NCBI GenBank assembly: GCA_021613535.1
Contig: CP075493.1
Location: 14,880,001-14,944,000 of the forward strand
Length of the DNA: 64,000 bases
Reading direction: 5' to 3'
Origin: Adineta vaga
Lineage: Eukaryota; Animalia; Rotifera
Both the position numbers and the translations under genes were made by a program. The notes under the pieces were generated by a model. It was not told the origin of the DNA, made no database searches, and was given only the letters and a program-made list of their open reading frames with translations. Shown piece by piece: positions 1-12,104 of this stretch. The first letter of the stretch is position 1. Every line of letters begins with the position of its first letter.

Positions 1-268
1 ATTATAATATGAAAAATTAGACAAAAACTGCAGACAAGTGAAGGAATATCAAAGAGAAGTATAATCCAGAAACGAATTGGATGTGGTAGAGAAATTTCCG
101 ATGAGCTATACCAATCATCTGTACTATTCGAGTTAATATTAGTAGCCATTCTTCACTGCAGAAACAATACAAGAATAAGAAGTTGAAGAAGGAGATTAGA
201 CAACATTTTTCTTTGATTTTTATACAAGAGAAACGCCCTTTAGTCTCACTAAATAACGGCTGTACTTT

Positions 269-300
269 AGTGATGGTGATGATGATGATGATGAATGATG
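269..300. repeat. (GAT)n microsatellite, imperfect
   Basis: Sequence reads gtgatggtgatgatgatgatgatgaatgatg. Confidence 0.75.
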
Positions 301-1356
301 CATACGTTTCCTTCCTCAATCTTCATCTTTCTTAATGAAACGACCAAAAGTCATATAATATCTACCCTTTTCTTGTTGTTCATAGAATATAAATAGACAT
401 GAGTTTAACAAACTCGAAGTCTGGATTAGTCATGTGTGATCAGTTGAGACGAGGAGAACAGTCTTTGTTTTTCTCCTTTATTCGCCAAGAAACATATAGA
501 AGCGATTAACTGTTAAATTAAACTGTTTTTCACATATGATATAAATCCTCGTAGATCATCGAAATGTACAAAAAAACTATCCACTGTTTTCGTTTCTTTC
601 TCTATCTTTATTACTCGTTAATTTTTCCCTTTGGTTCTTAATCCGTTGGATACCATAAAGTGAAACAAATCTCATGTTGTTTGTTATATGTATTTTATTC
701 AAGAGAAACGAAAGATTTTTTCGACTTAATTTCTGAGAAAAAGACAAATATTGAACAACTTTTTCATTTGAATTCAATTGAAAAGAAAACGAATCAACCA
801 AAGGTATCGTGATTTATTTAGTATTTTTTTTTTTCTTAAATAAAAAAATCAAGAATGTGTGGAGAGATAAGAATGTAATATGTTATTCAATTATAACCTT
901 AAAACAAGACATCAATCGACGTGTTACTGAGAAAATGAAAACAATATGATATTTGTTTGAGAAAAAGGATAATCATTGTCAATCAAATTAAAATGTATTT
1001 CATTTTCTTTATCGAATATGTATTTCTTAAAAAGAAATGAAAATCAAACAATCTGTTATTGAAAACGAAAAACAGTTACAGATTTTCTATTCTTTTCATG
1101 GATAGATTGAAACTTGTTAACTTTATCGATAAGAATTGATCTATTTTCAAGATATCATTCGTTAGAATAAAATAATCTTTTGTTTTCGTATAGTTGAATC
1201 GTCTAAACTAAACTTTCGATTGTTGAAAAATATATATTTCCGAATCAGGTCACAATGATATTTGTTGGTGTGATAATCTTTTTATTAATTAATTCAGTAA
1301 GCATTTTATTTAGGAAATTTATTTATTAAAAAAAAACAATTTTTTGTGTTTTATAG

Positions 1357-4300
1357 TCAATGACTATAAATGGTGATGAATATGAAGATGATGATTATAT
1401 AGAGAATCGGATTTCATTTTCTGAATTATCATCAATGATTTCAAATGTTAAAATAGAAAATGATCAATGTGAATTTCAATTGACACGTGAAATTTTTTGA
1501 TTATTGTCAAAATGAAATATTAATTAGTGAATTAACAGAATTCAAAACAATTCTTTATATAAAAATGATCTATTATGATCAAAATGATGATGTTATTGTT
1601 GATGATGATGGAAATTCACTTGAATGTACATCAACGATTCATGATTTTGGACATTTGTTGAATTTATTCGATCAAGAATTTTCTTATTTTATGTAAAATG
1701 TCTTTTATATTTACAACCAAATTCAAATTTTAATTTACAAAATCTTTTTTTTCATTTTCCATCTTCATCATCAACAACAACAGGTAAGAAGAAATGAGAA
1801 ATATTAAGTAGAAATAGTTTATCGATTATGTTACAGGTACAATCAATGGTCCGACAATATTTTCAATCGATTTCAATGTTCAAACTTATATTGTATCAAT
1901 CAAATGTCCATTCAAATATACTTGTATGTGGTTATTCGATGGTCATGTTATCTGTCCAAGATCAGATACTCGGGTTAATTTAACATTTGATCAAACTTTG
2001 ATTGGAAATCGAACGTTATCATATGTGAAATATATTTCAAATAAACCAATTATTTTAGCATCACTTGTAATTTCAATTCTACCTAAAACAATACCAGGTT
2101 AATATTTTAGTCTTTTTTCCATCTATCTGCATGAGAAAAGATATAGATAGTGTATTAAAAATAGAAAGAATAAGACTTAAATGAAGAACAGATATCAACA
2201 CTCATAAGATGTCCGATAGACATGAAAATATCTATGTTATCAACACTCTAATTCTTTGATATATGGTACATTCATTTTACTATTTCATAGCACCAACTTG
2301 TGATGATAGTATTCGAAATCAAGATGAAACAGCTGTTGATTGTGGTGGTTCAACATGTAAAAAATGTGACCTCAATCAAATTTGCCAAGCCAATCGAGAT
2401 TGCAGCAATGGTTATTGTCCTTCAACAACGAAAATATGTCAATGTCAGTATTGATTTTGTTTTTATCTTTTTCTCTTTACTTAGTTATGAAAAACAGACA
2501 TATCAAAGACTTGTGTGAAGACGGAGTCCATTCTTTTCTTGTTTGAGATATTGTTTGATGATTTTATCAAAGACTAAGTCCGAAGTACATCGTCGGAATT
2601 ACAAAAGATTGAAAAATATGAGAGGAGAGAATACAAAAAGGATGTCACCATAGAATCATAGGAGAATCTAGAAGATGATGACAGGTGAATTCGCAAGTTT
2701 AAGAATGGAAGATGAAGATTACGATCTGAAAAATGTCAAATATACATTTTTTTGACCTTTTCTCATTCATTATAATCGAGAACATGTATAATTAAAATGG
2801 AGCATTAGAGAAAAAGATCCATATATTTGGTAAGAGCATACAATTATCTTTCTCAATGTTTATCGATGATCAATACAAGTGAGATATATCCCTATAACCG
2901 CTATTCTACAATCCATTTTAGTGAATTCTATAATTAAATTATTACTCTGATAAATAAATTATTACACTTTACGTTGAAGGTTCATTTTGATATTACTACA
3001 TTATAAAAGAAACGCAAATTATATTAGAACATGTTAGTGAGTCAGAATACTTTTTTTTTCTTATAAATCATTGATAAATAGTTATCTTTGATCAAAATTT
3101 TCAGAATTATTGAGAGTGAACATATCGATATATATGATTTCTGAAAAAATACTTTTGCTTACCAGTCTATGATTTGTTTACAATTAAAGTATTTGATATA
3201 TTCTGGATAAATGTAAAAACATTACTTTTCAAAATATTCATTATGATAAAATATCATGTTTTTTGTTGAAACTACTTTGAAATGATTCCCTGCTTAGTGA
3301 CTTTAAAATGATAATAGATATATAAGTAAAATAATGATGAATAGAAAGATATTAAAAACAGTTACTTTGAAAAAGTATATACCCTTTTTAACTGGATATC
3401 CTAAATGTATGATCACAAATAACAATTTATTTATTACTGATGACGGAAACAATCGTGTAGTGAAGTATTCACCTGGTGCTTCTGGAGTTTATTCATTAAA
3501 GTCGTCCTTTTCAAGTATCCGCGAGTTTATGGCAAGCGGACAAAGTCCGTTCTTTTCAATTTTATGTAAATTTGCTATGACAAATCAATTTAGTCGAGGA
3601 TGTCTATAGTAAATGAGCAGATAATGGCACTCTTGTAGCAGGTCAAACAAATGTGCCAGGATCGGATTTGAATCAATTTTCTACAGTCTTAAGATATTTA
3701 TATGTTGATTCAAATCAAACTCTTTACATTGCTGATACGCACAATCATCGTGTTATACGTTGGGAAAGAAACGCTTCAAATGGTACGATTGTTGCTGGTA
3801 ATGGAACTTCTGGATCAACACTAGAGCAAGTCAGTGGACCGTATGGTGTATGGGTAGATTCAAATTCAAATGTATTTGTCTCAGAACACGATAATCATCG
3901 TGTAACAAAATGGTCTCCAGGTGCAACTCAAGGTGTTCTTGTTGCTGGTGCTGCTGATTACACTCGAGGTACAGAAACACATGTTGATATTATGTAGACT
4001 TTTATGAAAATTTTATTCATTATAAGATAGAAATATTAATTTGATATTATTGAAAAGAATAACAACTAAATAGTATAAGATAATCATTTATTTTGAAGTA
4101 AAATATTTCTTTTCCAAAATGATTTTTAAAACATGATTTTTATAATAGTTTTTCTGCTTAAAAGTCAAAAGATCTAAAGTAAATCAAGATATTAATGTTC
4201 TTTTTTATTTTCATCGATAGGGTCGGCACCTGACCATTTGAATGAACCGTGCGGTCTCGTTTATGATGAATCAAATCAAGATTTATATATTGCTAATTTT

Positions 4301-4597
4301 GGATCTCATACAGTAATGAAATGGAAAGTTGGTGATCGAAATGGTACAATAGTAGTGAATACCACTGGAATACCAACAGGAATATTACTCGACCCATGGA
4401 ATAATGTATATGTAACTAATCTTTTTAGAAATATTGAAGTGTTTTGTCAAGGTAATTCAACAGGTATAATAGATGCAGGATTTAATAATGGCGTAACCAA
4501 GTTGAAGAACCCAGCCGATGTTAAATTAGATTCTCAACTCAATTTATATGTCACTGAAAGCCGTGGATCTCATGTTATAAGATTTAATAAACTTTGA
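1357..4597 (+). pseudogene. Multi-exon NHL-repeat protein with a Cys-rich module (CDDSIRNQDETAVDCGGSTCKKC); frameshifted and internally deleted
   Basis: GT-AG-bounded exons at ~1357-1782, 1836-2097, 2291-2443, ~3400-3968 and 4221-4597. NHL motifs LYIADTHNHRV, GPYGVWVDSNSNVFVSEHDNHRV and NPADVKLDSQLNLYV. Frame changes near 1490 and 1690, and a disrupted segment at 3490-3620. Whether all exons belong to one gene is uncertain. Confidence 0.7.
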
Positions 4598-6779
4598 AAA
4601 TCTTCGATGACCTTCATTATTTTCCAAAGTGATAAATGATATCATAATAAGTAACAATTTATACTGAACATAGATATCTATTTTAATCATCTACTATTTA
4701 TTCATTTCCTTTTTTGTTTTTGTTTTTCTTTCATTATAATTATTTAATTTCTTAATTGAATATTTTTTGTTCAGGCTTAATCAATCTTATAAAAATTATA
4801 CTTTATTCTATGATAATCAATAAAATAATCTTCACTACGAATGAATATAGAAAATACATTTAGATTAAAACAAGCTGTTCTAATTATTCTCTGAAGCATT
4901 TTTTTTTCAGTTGAACAATTCATTTTGACAATGATTTCAGACTGGATTAGATCCTCATCAATCTATTGAAAACTTTTCAAATTTAGTAAAACATGACGCA
5001 TCAACATACGTTCTTATATGGTCATTTCTCTTATGACGAAAACTGTAGTTAGTATCATGGAATCAGTTAATTTATATCCGACCTTCGCATCAGATGAAAA
5101 GTCTGTTTATATTAGTTTCTATTTACATTTGTAAAATATTCTGTGTACAAGTTGATAATGAATGTGAATATCAAACGGAATTTATTATATTCTAAAGTAA
5201 TGATTCTTTTAGCAGTTAATTGGTCTGTTAAAAGTCAATATATTCTTATTACTTGGTTGATAGTGTGATTAACTTGAAGAATTCTGATGGATCTAAAAAG
5301 AAAAGAAAGAACTTTCGATCATGCATCGTAAAAAATGACACTTTATCATCGTTTTGTTATATTTAGATAATGGAAACTTTTTATTGTTGGATCAAAAGGT
5401 TCGATAATAGAGGGTATTGATGTACCATTAAGCATGTAATCTTCTGATATCTAAACTGACTCATCGTTTTTCTCTTAAGAAAAGAAAATATCTTGTGAAA
5501 TTATTATTGAATTGGAAATAAAAATGAAGAAAACTTCTTAAATTTTAGCTTGATCTAATTTAATGCATTAAAATAACAAAATGTTGTAATTGAAAATATT
5601 TATTAATTTGTCATTTTCTAAGTATTAAGAATAAAATATTCGTGTTTTCAACTAAATTTCAATACATAGTATCTATCACATTGATAAAATCGATGAAACT
5701 CATTGAGAAAGTTTGATTTTTATAAAATTTCTCTCTATTAATTCAATTTGTTTTTCCACATTATTCATCTTGATAAATAATTAAAAGAAGAAAAGACTCC
5801 ATTGAACATATATGTATAATTATGTTTAGCAATATCTCAACCATAAAGATAAATACTTCTAAGTATGAGAAGATGGTGTCGAGTATTTATCTTATATTTA
5901 CATGTGAGGCGAGAGGAAAAAGGGGAATAATCGAATGTCTGTTATAGAGCGGAATAAAAACTTACTGTTTTATTACATAACGCCTTCAATAAAGTCAAGA
6001 AGAACAGAGAGAAAATTCTGTTGATATGACTGCGAGTATGTACATATCAGGTGACGTCAGGTTTCATGGAGGGTTTTTTTACCAATGAATGAAATATGTT
6101 GAAGATAACAACAACGACATGCACGAAGACTATCGATAGGTTTTGCTTCTATACGATGGAAATTTCATAAAAGAATGATGATTGTATATACTGAGAATGA
6201 TTAAATTGCACTGTCATCGAAGACACTATATAAACTGCTCATTTCTTGTAGTGTACACTCAATATCATCGAAACAGAAATACATATTCGAAAAACCAACA
6301 GTTACTGAAACATTAAAACAATGTCCGATCAACCGCTTACCAATATCGTCAACGATGCAATAAATGCTACTAAGCCTCTGGTAAAATTAGTTGCAATGGC
6401 TGAAGCTGCAGCGATTTCTGTGGTCACCGACAAAAAAGAGTTAGTACCAGAGGTGAGCAAAGCAGTAGACGATCTTTATAATGAAATAAAGACATAATTG
6501 GCTTATTAAATATTTTTCAATTTATAATCAAAGAAATCTTTTATTCTTGAACTAAAACTGAAACTGTTTTTTACTTGTTCTAAAAATAAAGTTTCAAATA
6601 ATTCATTTTTTAATGATCCCTGTTTCGCAGTAAAATGAAACAATATTTTTACGACTTCATCTCTCCTAAAGTACTTCTCAACAATCTGTCTGTTATAATG
6701 CACAGCATGCAGTTAATATTATTATCCAAGAGGTTTTTGATGATACATAATTCAATGAAAAAGTTCTTCCTGAAAATCA

Positions 6780-7210
6780 ACTTGTCTCACAGAATCTGTG
6801 TATGTTAATAGCAGTATTCTACTTGGCTTTGCTCTTGGTTGTAATCCAATTGAATCACTCTTTTTATCAACATTATCTTGTTTTTATAACCAAATATGTG
6901 TTCAATTAATCAATTTCAAGAACTTATCATTCATCGATCCACTTGATATTTCACTTCGAAGTCACTACTATCCTACCAGCACAGTCGACGATTGGTTTGT
7001 AAACGTATATCGTATTCAAATTTTCCTTCAGCATGTATCCCTTCAAGCTGTACTCATTTGATATCCGAACGAGAATCTATGATGAAGGCGATTATCATCA
7101 TATTGGGTTCGTATGGAGGAATGACACTATAATTCTTCGCGTAATTGTGCTTTGGTTCTTCTACAGTTTATAAAAATCATTTTTCTCAATATGTCGACGA
7201 CACAACGATA
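6780..7210 (+). pseudogene. Fragment of a Cys-rich membrane-protein family, degenerate
   Basis: GFALGCNPIESLFLSTLSCFYNQICV motif, followed after frameshifts by CIPSSCT and IILGSYGGMT (TM-like) remnants. Resembles a large uncharacterised family I recall from bdelloids. Confidence 0.45.
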
Positions 7211-7649
7211 CTGTCATTTACATTCAAATTTATTCTCTGCTTCTTTGTATATAATCCATGCTCTTAAATGCTTTTGTTTTCCGCTAAAGGTATAACTGAT
7301 TCAAAAAATATGTCTGTTCTTCTATCTCTCTGCTATGAAACTAAAGTTCAAAAAAACATTCCAGAAGAAGCGAACTATTAAAGTCTATGTTAGTAACTCA
7401 TATTCACATTGAAGTCAATGACATGAGCAAACTCATTCTAATTAAAGTGAAGTCATTAAAAATTTATAAGATTCAAAAATATCCAATTTAAGTTTATTTT
7501 CTACTATTTTCTTGTAATTTTAATATAATGTTGATTTCTCGATTATAAATATATTTTATATTTTTATAAAAAAATCTATGCTTCGTATTGGTTTAAAAAG
7601 ATAAATGATGCAAGTAAAATCGCAAAATCTTAAGTAGAGTCATTTTTGA

Positions 7650-8600
7650 TATTGTCATTTTTTGAATTTGTTTTCATGCATTGCTTTGTACAGGATACTA
7701 TACGTAGATTTTTGTTCTTCAACTTGTTAAATACAAGAATGATTTGGTGGCATTGTTTTGTAAGCGATATCAAATTTCATTTGTTCATTATAATACATTA
7801 CTAGATTTGAATAATATCGCACTTTACTCAATGAATCTTTATCTTGTGAATCATTAATTAACATTAGAATATATTCTTCAGCTTTTTGAAAATCTCCCAT
7901 TTCTTTTCTAATATCGGCCGTCAATGTATTTAATTCCTCATCTTCTTCTACATTCACTATTAGACAGACGATTCAAATCTTTAACAATAGTGATAGAAAA
8001 AAAGTCCTTCATCTTCTTGTTCCAGATGACTTGAAAATTTGATATTAGCAAATGGTTGCCGACATTTATCAAGTTAATGCAACTACTTTATTCGTACTTG
8101 TAGAGAAAAAACTATTAATCGATAAAAATCCACTAATATTATTTTGAATTTTGTTGACAAATTCATTTCTGTTCATAAATTGTCTACGATATACAAGTGA
8201 AGGTAACAACGTAGAATTTGATTGTTTTCTACGTAAATCTTTCAATTGATAATGAAGATCAGCAATAAAAGAAAACAATGTTATATAAAATATCAATATC
8301 TTGTAATCGTAATACATTGTTTAATATTCGATATAAAAGTGAATCACGTGTCTACCAAGAAATAGTATTTTCTTTTGAATATGTACGATTAGATTCGTTG
8401 ATGATGAATTCGATTCTAATGATAGATTTCTATTTATAAATCAAAGCATTCTGTCGTATTGTCTCACACAGTATTATCAAATCTGTAAAAGTACCTTTGA
8501 TTTTATTAAATATTGTTTGCTCATATCAAAAATATAAATCTTCTTAATTTGAGATACTTCATAAATCATTGGAATAATAAGATTTGCTAATAAATCAGAA
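7650..8600 (-). pseudogene. NAD(P)+-arginine ADP-ribosyltransferase (R-S-E type) + TPR protein, degenerate
   Basis: FIADLHYQL...VYRRQFM...GFLSINSFFSTS (R and STS motifs) and PFANIS, then TPR-like MGDFQKAEEY...YYSNL. Broken by stops and frameshifts. Confidence 0.7.
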
Positions 8601-10000
8601 ATCAGAAGATGAAACTGTTCATTTTCATTTGATAATATGTAATCAACACATTCATCAACGTTTTCGTATATTCTTCATGTTCAGAAGACATTATATTACG
8701 AATATGAGCTTTGCCAATAAAAACACGAAAATTTCTTCGGACACCAAAATGCTGTTTAGTTTCGCAAACATTTAACTACATATTTTTTCGTTGAATTGAC
8801 AAAAAAACTCTCAATAAGACATTTTTTACTTTCAGTTCTCTGAATTGATTGGAAACAAAACTTATCTTGAGGATTTAGATGTTGTAAAGAATATTTACAT
8901 CCACATCATTGTTTAACTATAGGACAAAATAAAGAAAAACATTGTAAAGCATATTTAATATCGAATTCATTTATTCAATTTGTTATTTTAACATGAATGC
9001 TTTTAATATCGCAGAGGTCATTCACTGTTCATAATATATTATGACAGCTGAAAACATACGGTCAGAAGAGAGAATTATTGTGCTGGAAAAAACATTCCTG
9101 ATTATTATAAAATATTCATTCGAACAAAGTGAGAATCCTTAGAAATAGAAAGCATGTAAAGAAAAATAAATTTCAGAGGGTGAATCAAATTGATTTAAAT
9201 GCTCAATGAGTGTTGCCACAAATATCTATAGATAAACTCTTTGTCGTCGAGAAACACATATACCTGTGTTGACGTTTCCATACATAAGACTGCTTCAAAG
9301 GAACTTTTCACTGTTTTTTTCTTCTTATTTTGACAACATTGTTGCGACATCATAGTAAGAAAAGAAGAGAGGTACTTTTTCCTGAACTTTAAATAGTATC
9401 ATAATGACGCTAATATGCATAAAACTTCAACACGCGAATATATGTTCGTCGGTGCCAAAGGGTTAATCGTCTACTTTACGAAGAATCATAATCTTATGTA
9501 TGACGTCAAATTAGAAAGTCTGCGGACTTTTACTGTCAAAGGAGATGAAAGAATTGAACATTTTTTCATTTGTATAACCTATACGTATGAGATCAGGCGT
9601 TAAAAAGATACAGATAGTTCGTGACAGATATTGTTATTTATTCAATTAGAAAATTACATATAAAATTATTTTTTGTATTCATATCTATGTTAAAAATATC
9701 TTTATCTTCTTTCTCTTAACTACTAAGTATTCTATATCATATTCGTATCTATTCATTAATAAGTATATTATACACTTGAGATAATGGTAATCCTGCTTTT
9801 TCAGTTAATGACTAAGATCACAATTAACAGTATATTCTAGTACAGAAATTCTTACTTTCGAGGATATATATAGTTCTTTATCTTCACTTCAAACTCACTC
9901 CATACCCTGAGCATAATTTATAAATCCTCATACAATAGTTCTAACATATCCTTAAAAAATTTGGTTAAAACCACTTCATACATTTATAGAATTAGATCTC

Positions 10001-11060
10001 ATGAATAATTCACCAACAATACTTCGTGCCAGTAGTAGCACTGGTGGTATTCTTACGGCAATGCCGTACTTGATTAACATTTGGATTGGTACGTTTCTAG
10101 TCATTATGGGAAATATTGGTTGTATTGGCAATATAATTGTATTTCAATCTTCAACATTTCGTAAACAAGCTTATACAGTATATCTAATTGCTGAAACAAT
10201 TTCTGATTGCTTTGTCATCAATCTCGTACTTCTAACACGAGTTATCGAAAAAGGTTACGGAATTCCAGTTTATACAACTCGTTATGAATATATATGCAAA
10301 ATTCGACAAATGAGTTCATATTATTTTGTTCTAACATCATTTACATTCTTCACACTTGCAACATTGGATCGAATTCTATCAACACAACGTTCGAATTGTA
10401 AGTATATCGTATTTCTTTATATATCAAAGAAAAACCTCGTGTTTATTTCAGGGTTACGAAAATGGAGTAATCGTGTTTCTTTGGCTTATAAAATGGTATT
10501 TGCATGCGTTGTCATTTGGCTTTTACTCATTGGTCATCGATTTTTCATTTATACATTAGTTAATGGAAAATGTAATCCTCAATTTGTAATTTATGATGAA
10601 ATTGATCATTACATCGAAGCAATTATTATGGAATTCGGTCCATTATTGATTGTGTTTACACTTACATATCTTTTAAGAAAATCTCTTCGAAAAGTTATTC
10701 AACGACAAGCTAGTATCGCTGCTATAGTTGGAAAACAGTCACGAATTCAACATAGATTCACAAATAACATTAATGTTGATGCTTCAATCAATAGTAGCAA
10801 TCATTTCATTTCTTCCATATGGAATAGAAATTATTTATGATCATGTAACTGAAACATATGACAAATCATCTTTTCATCTTGCCATTGACAAAATTATCGG
10901 TCAACTTACACATACATTATTATATGCGTTTTTTGCTTCTAGTTTTCATATATCTATTATTTCGAGCAGTGGATTTCGTCGTGAAATTAAACGAATATTA
11001 CAAAGGAAAAAAGTGTATCCGGGACAGACTGATATAGCTATTACTGCTACAATTAAATAG
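10001..11060 (+). CDS. Rhodopsin-like (class A) orphan GPCR; one intron and one apparent frameshift
   Basis: GNIGCIGN in TM1, CKIR, TLDRI (DRY variant) and seven hydrophobic segments. In-frame 54-nt intron at 10398-10451 (gtaagt...tttcag). A 1-nt loss near 10750 (attcaacatagat) joins ORFs 10001 and 10728. Confidence 0.85.
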
Positions 11061-11316
11061 AATATCATAGATTTAGTTTAGTAATAAAGGATTGTTCTGA
11101 AGATGTGGATGAGTGTGAGAGAGTTCAGTACTCACACACCCTTTCTCATGGTGAATATATTTAATCGTCATTCTCCAATGATGACTCATATTTTTCTTTT
11201 CCTCAAACGTCCTTACAACCAATAATCATTTTTTTCCTGCTGACGTATATATTTTAATAGATGACGTCTTTGATTCATCTTCTTCGCAGTAAAAATACAT
11301 CGTATTTTTTTTCTCC

Positions 11317-11325
11317 CTATAAATA
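11317..11325 (+). promoter_or_regulatory. Putative TATA box of the 68-aa gene
   Basis: ctataaata lies ~45 nt upstream of ATG 11365. Weak evidence in an AT-rich background. Confidence 0.35.
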
Positions 11326-11364
11326 CTTTAAATATAAAATTTTTGTGCGTATCAGTGACATCGA

Positions 11365-11623
11365 ATGGGAAACAAAAGTAGCAAAGCGAATGAATCAACG
11401 CGTAAGTAAGAATTCTTTTTTAAGAAAAAATATAGAAGAATAAAATTATTTAGCTGAAAGCAACGGATGCGACGGCTGTTCAAACACAACAAGAAAACGA
11501 ATGGCACATGGAGCATTCATGGCAATGAATCCTGCAGGAGCATTGATTGCAAAAGCTATTCGTTCGTCGAAAAGTTCCAATCAGAATAATACTACGGATT
11601 CAATGACCAACGATGAATTTTAA
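11365..11623 (+). CDS. 68-aa two-exon microprotein with N-myristoylation-type N-terminus (MGNKSSK...)
   Basis: Exon 1 11365-11401, intron 11402-11453 (gtaagt...tttag), exon 2 11454-11623. The spliced frame is open and gives MGNKSSKANESTPESNGCDGCSNTTRKRMAHGAFMAMNPAGALIAKAIRSSKSSNQNNTTDSMTNDEF. AATAAA at ~11672. Confidence 0.7.
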
Positions 11624-12104
11624 TATGTATAATTATTCGCTTGAATATTATTGTAAATACTTTATAAGGAAAATAAAAATAAGGTGTGGATATCTATAAA
11701 TAATAGTTCACTTTTGATCACATCTATATACGCATCTACACGATGATTTATAAAGAGAATATAGCTGTTTAGAATAAATAAAATTTTAATTAGATCGATC
11801 TTATGAGATATATAGTCAAACAAAAAAATCATTATTATTATAATTTAATCATATTTTTATTAATCTAACGATAAAAATCGCAGTTGTCAAAAATAAACTT
11901 AAGTCGAATGATGAATCATATGTTTAAGATAACACACATTCTACCACTGGGAAAAAATGCAATAAACAACAGAATTGAAAAAGAAAAGAATATATTAATG
12001 TTACTATAACACAGTTTTCTTCTTGAAACATGTTTAACTTTTTTTTCATATTCAAATCTTTCTATATGTAGATTCAATTAAACATTGGAAGTAATTCGAC
12101 AAGA

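Noticed and set aside
17-801. ORFs 17-319 and 577-801
   Set aside because: Non-ATG starts, composition driven by the microsatellite and AT richness, and no motifs.
6040-6500. Coding-like decayed segment (KLVAMAEAAA...) loosely similar to ORF 34723-34905
   Set aside because: Similarity is too short and low-complexity to support a family or repeat call.
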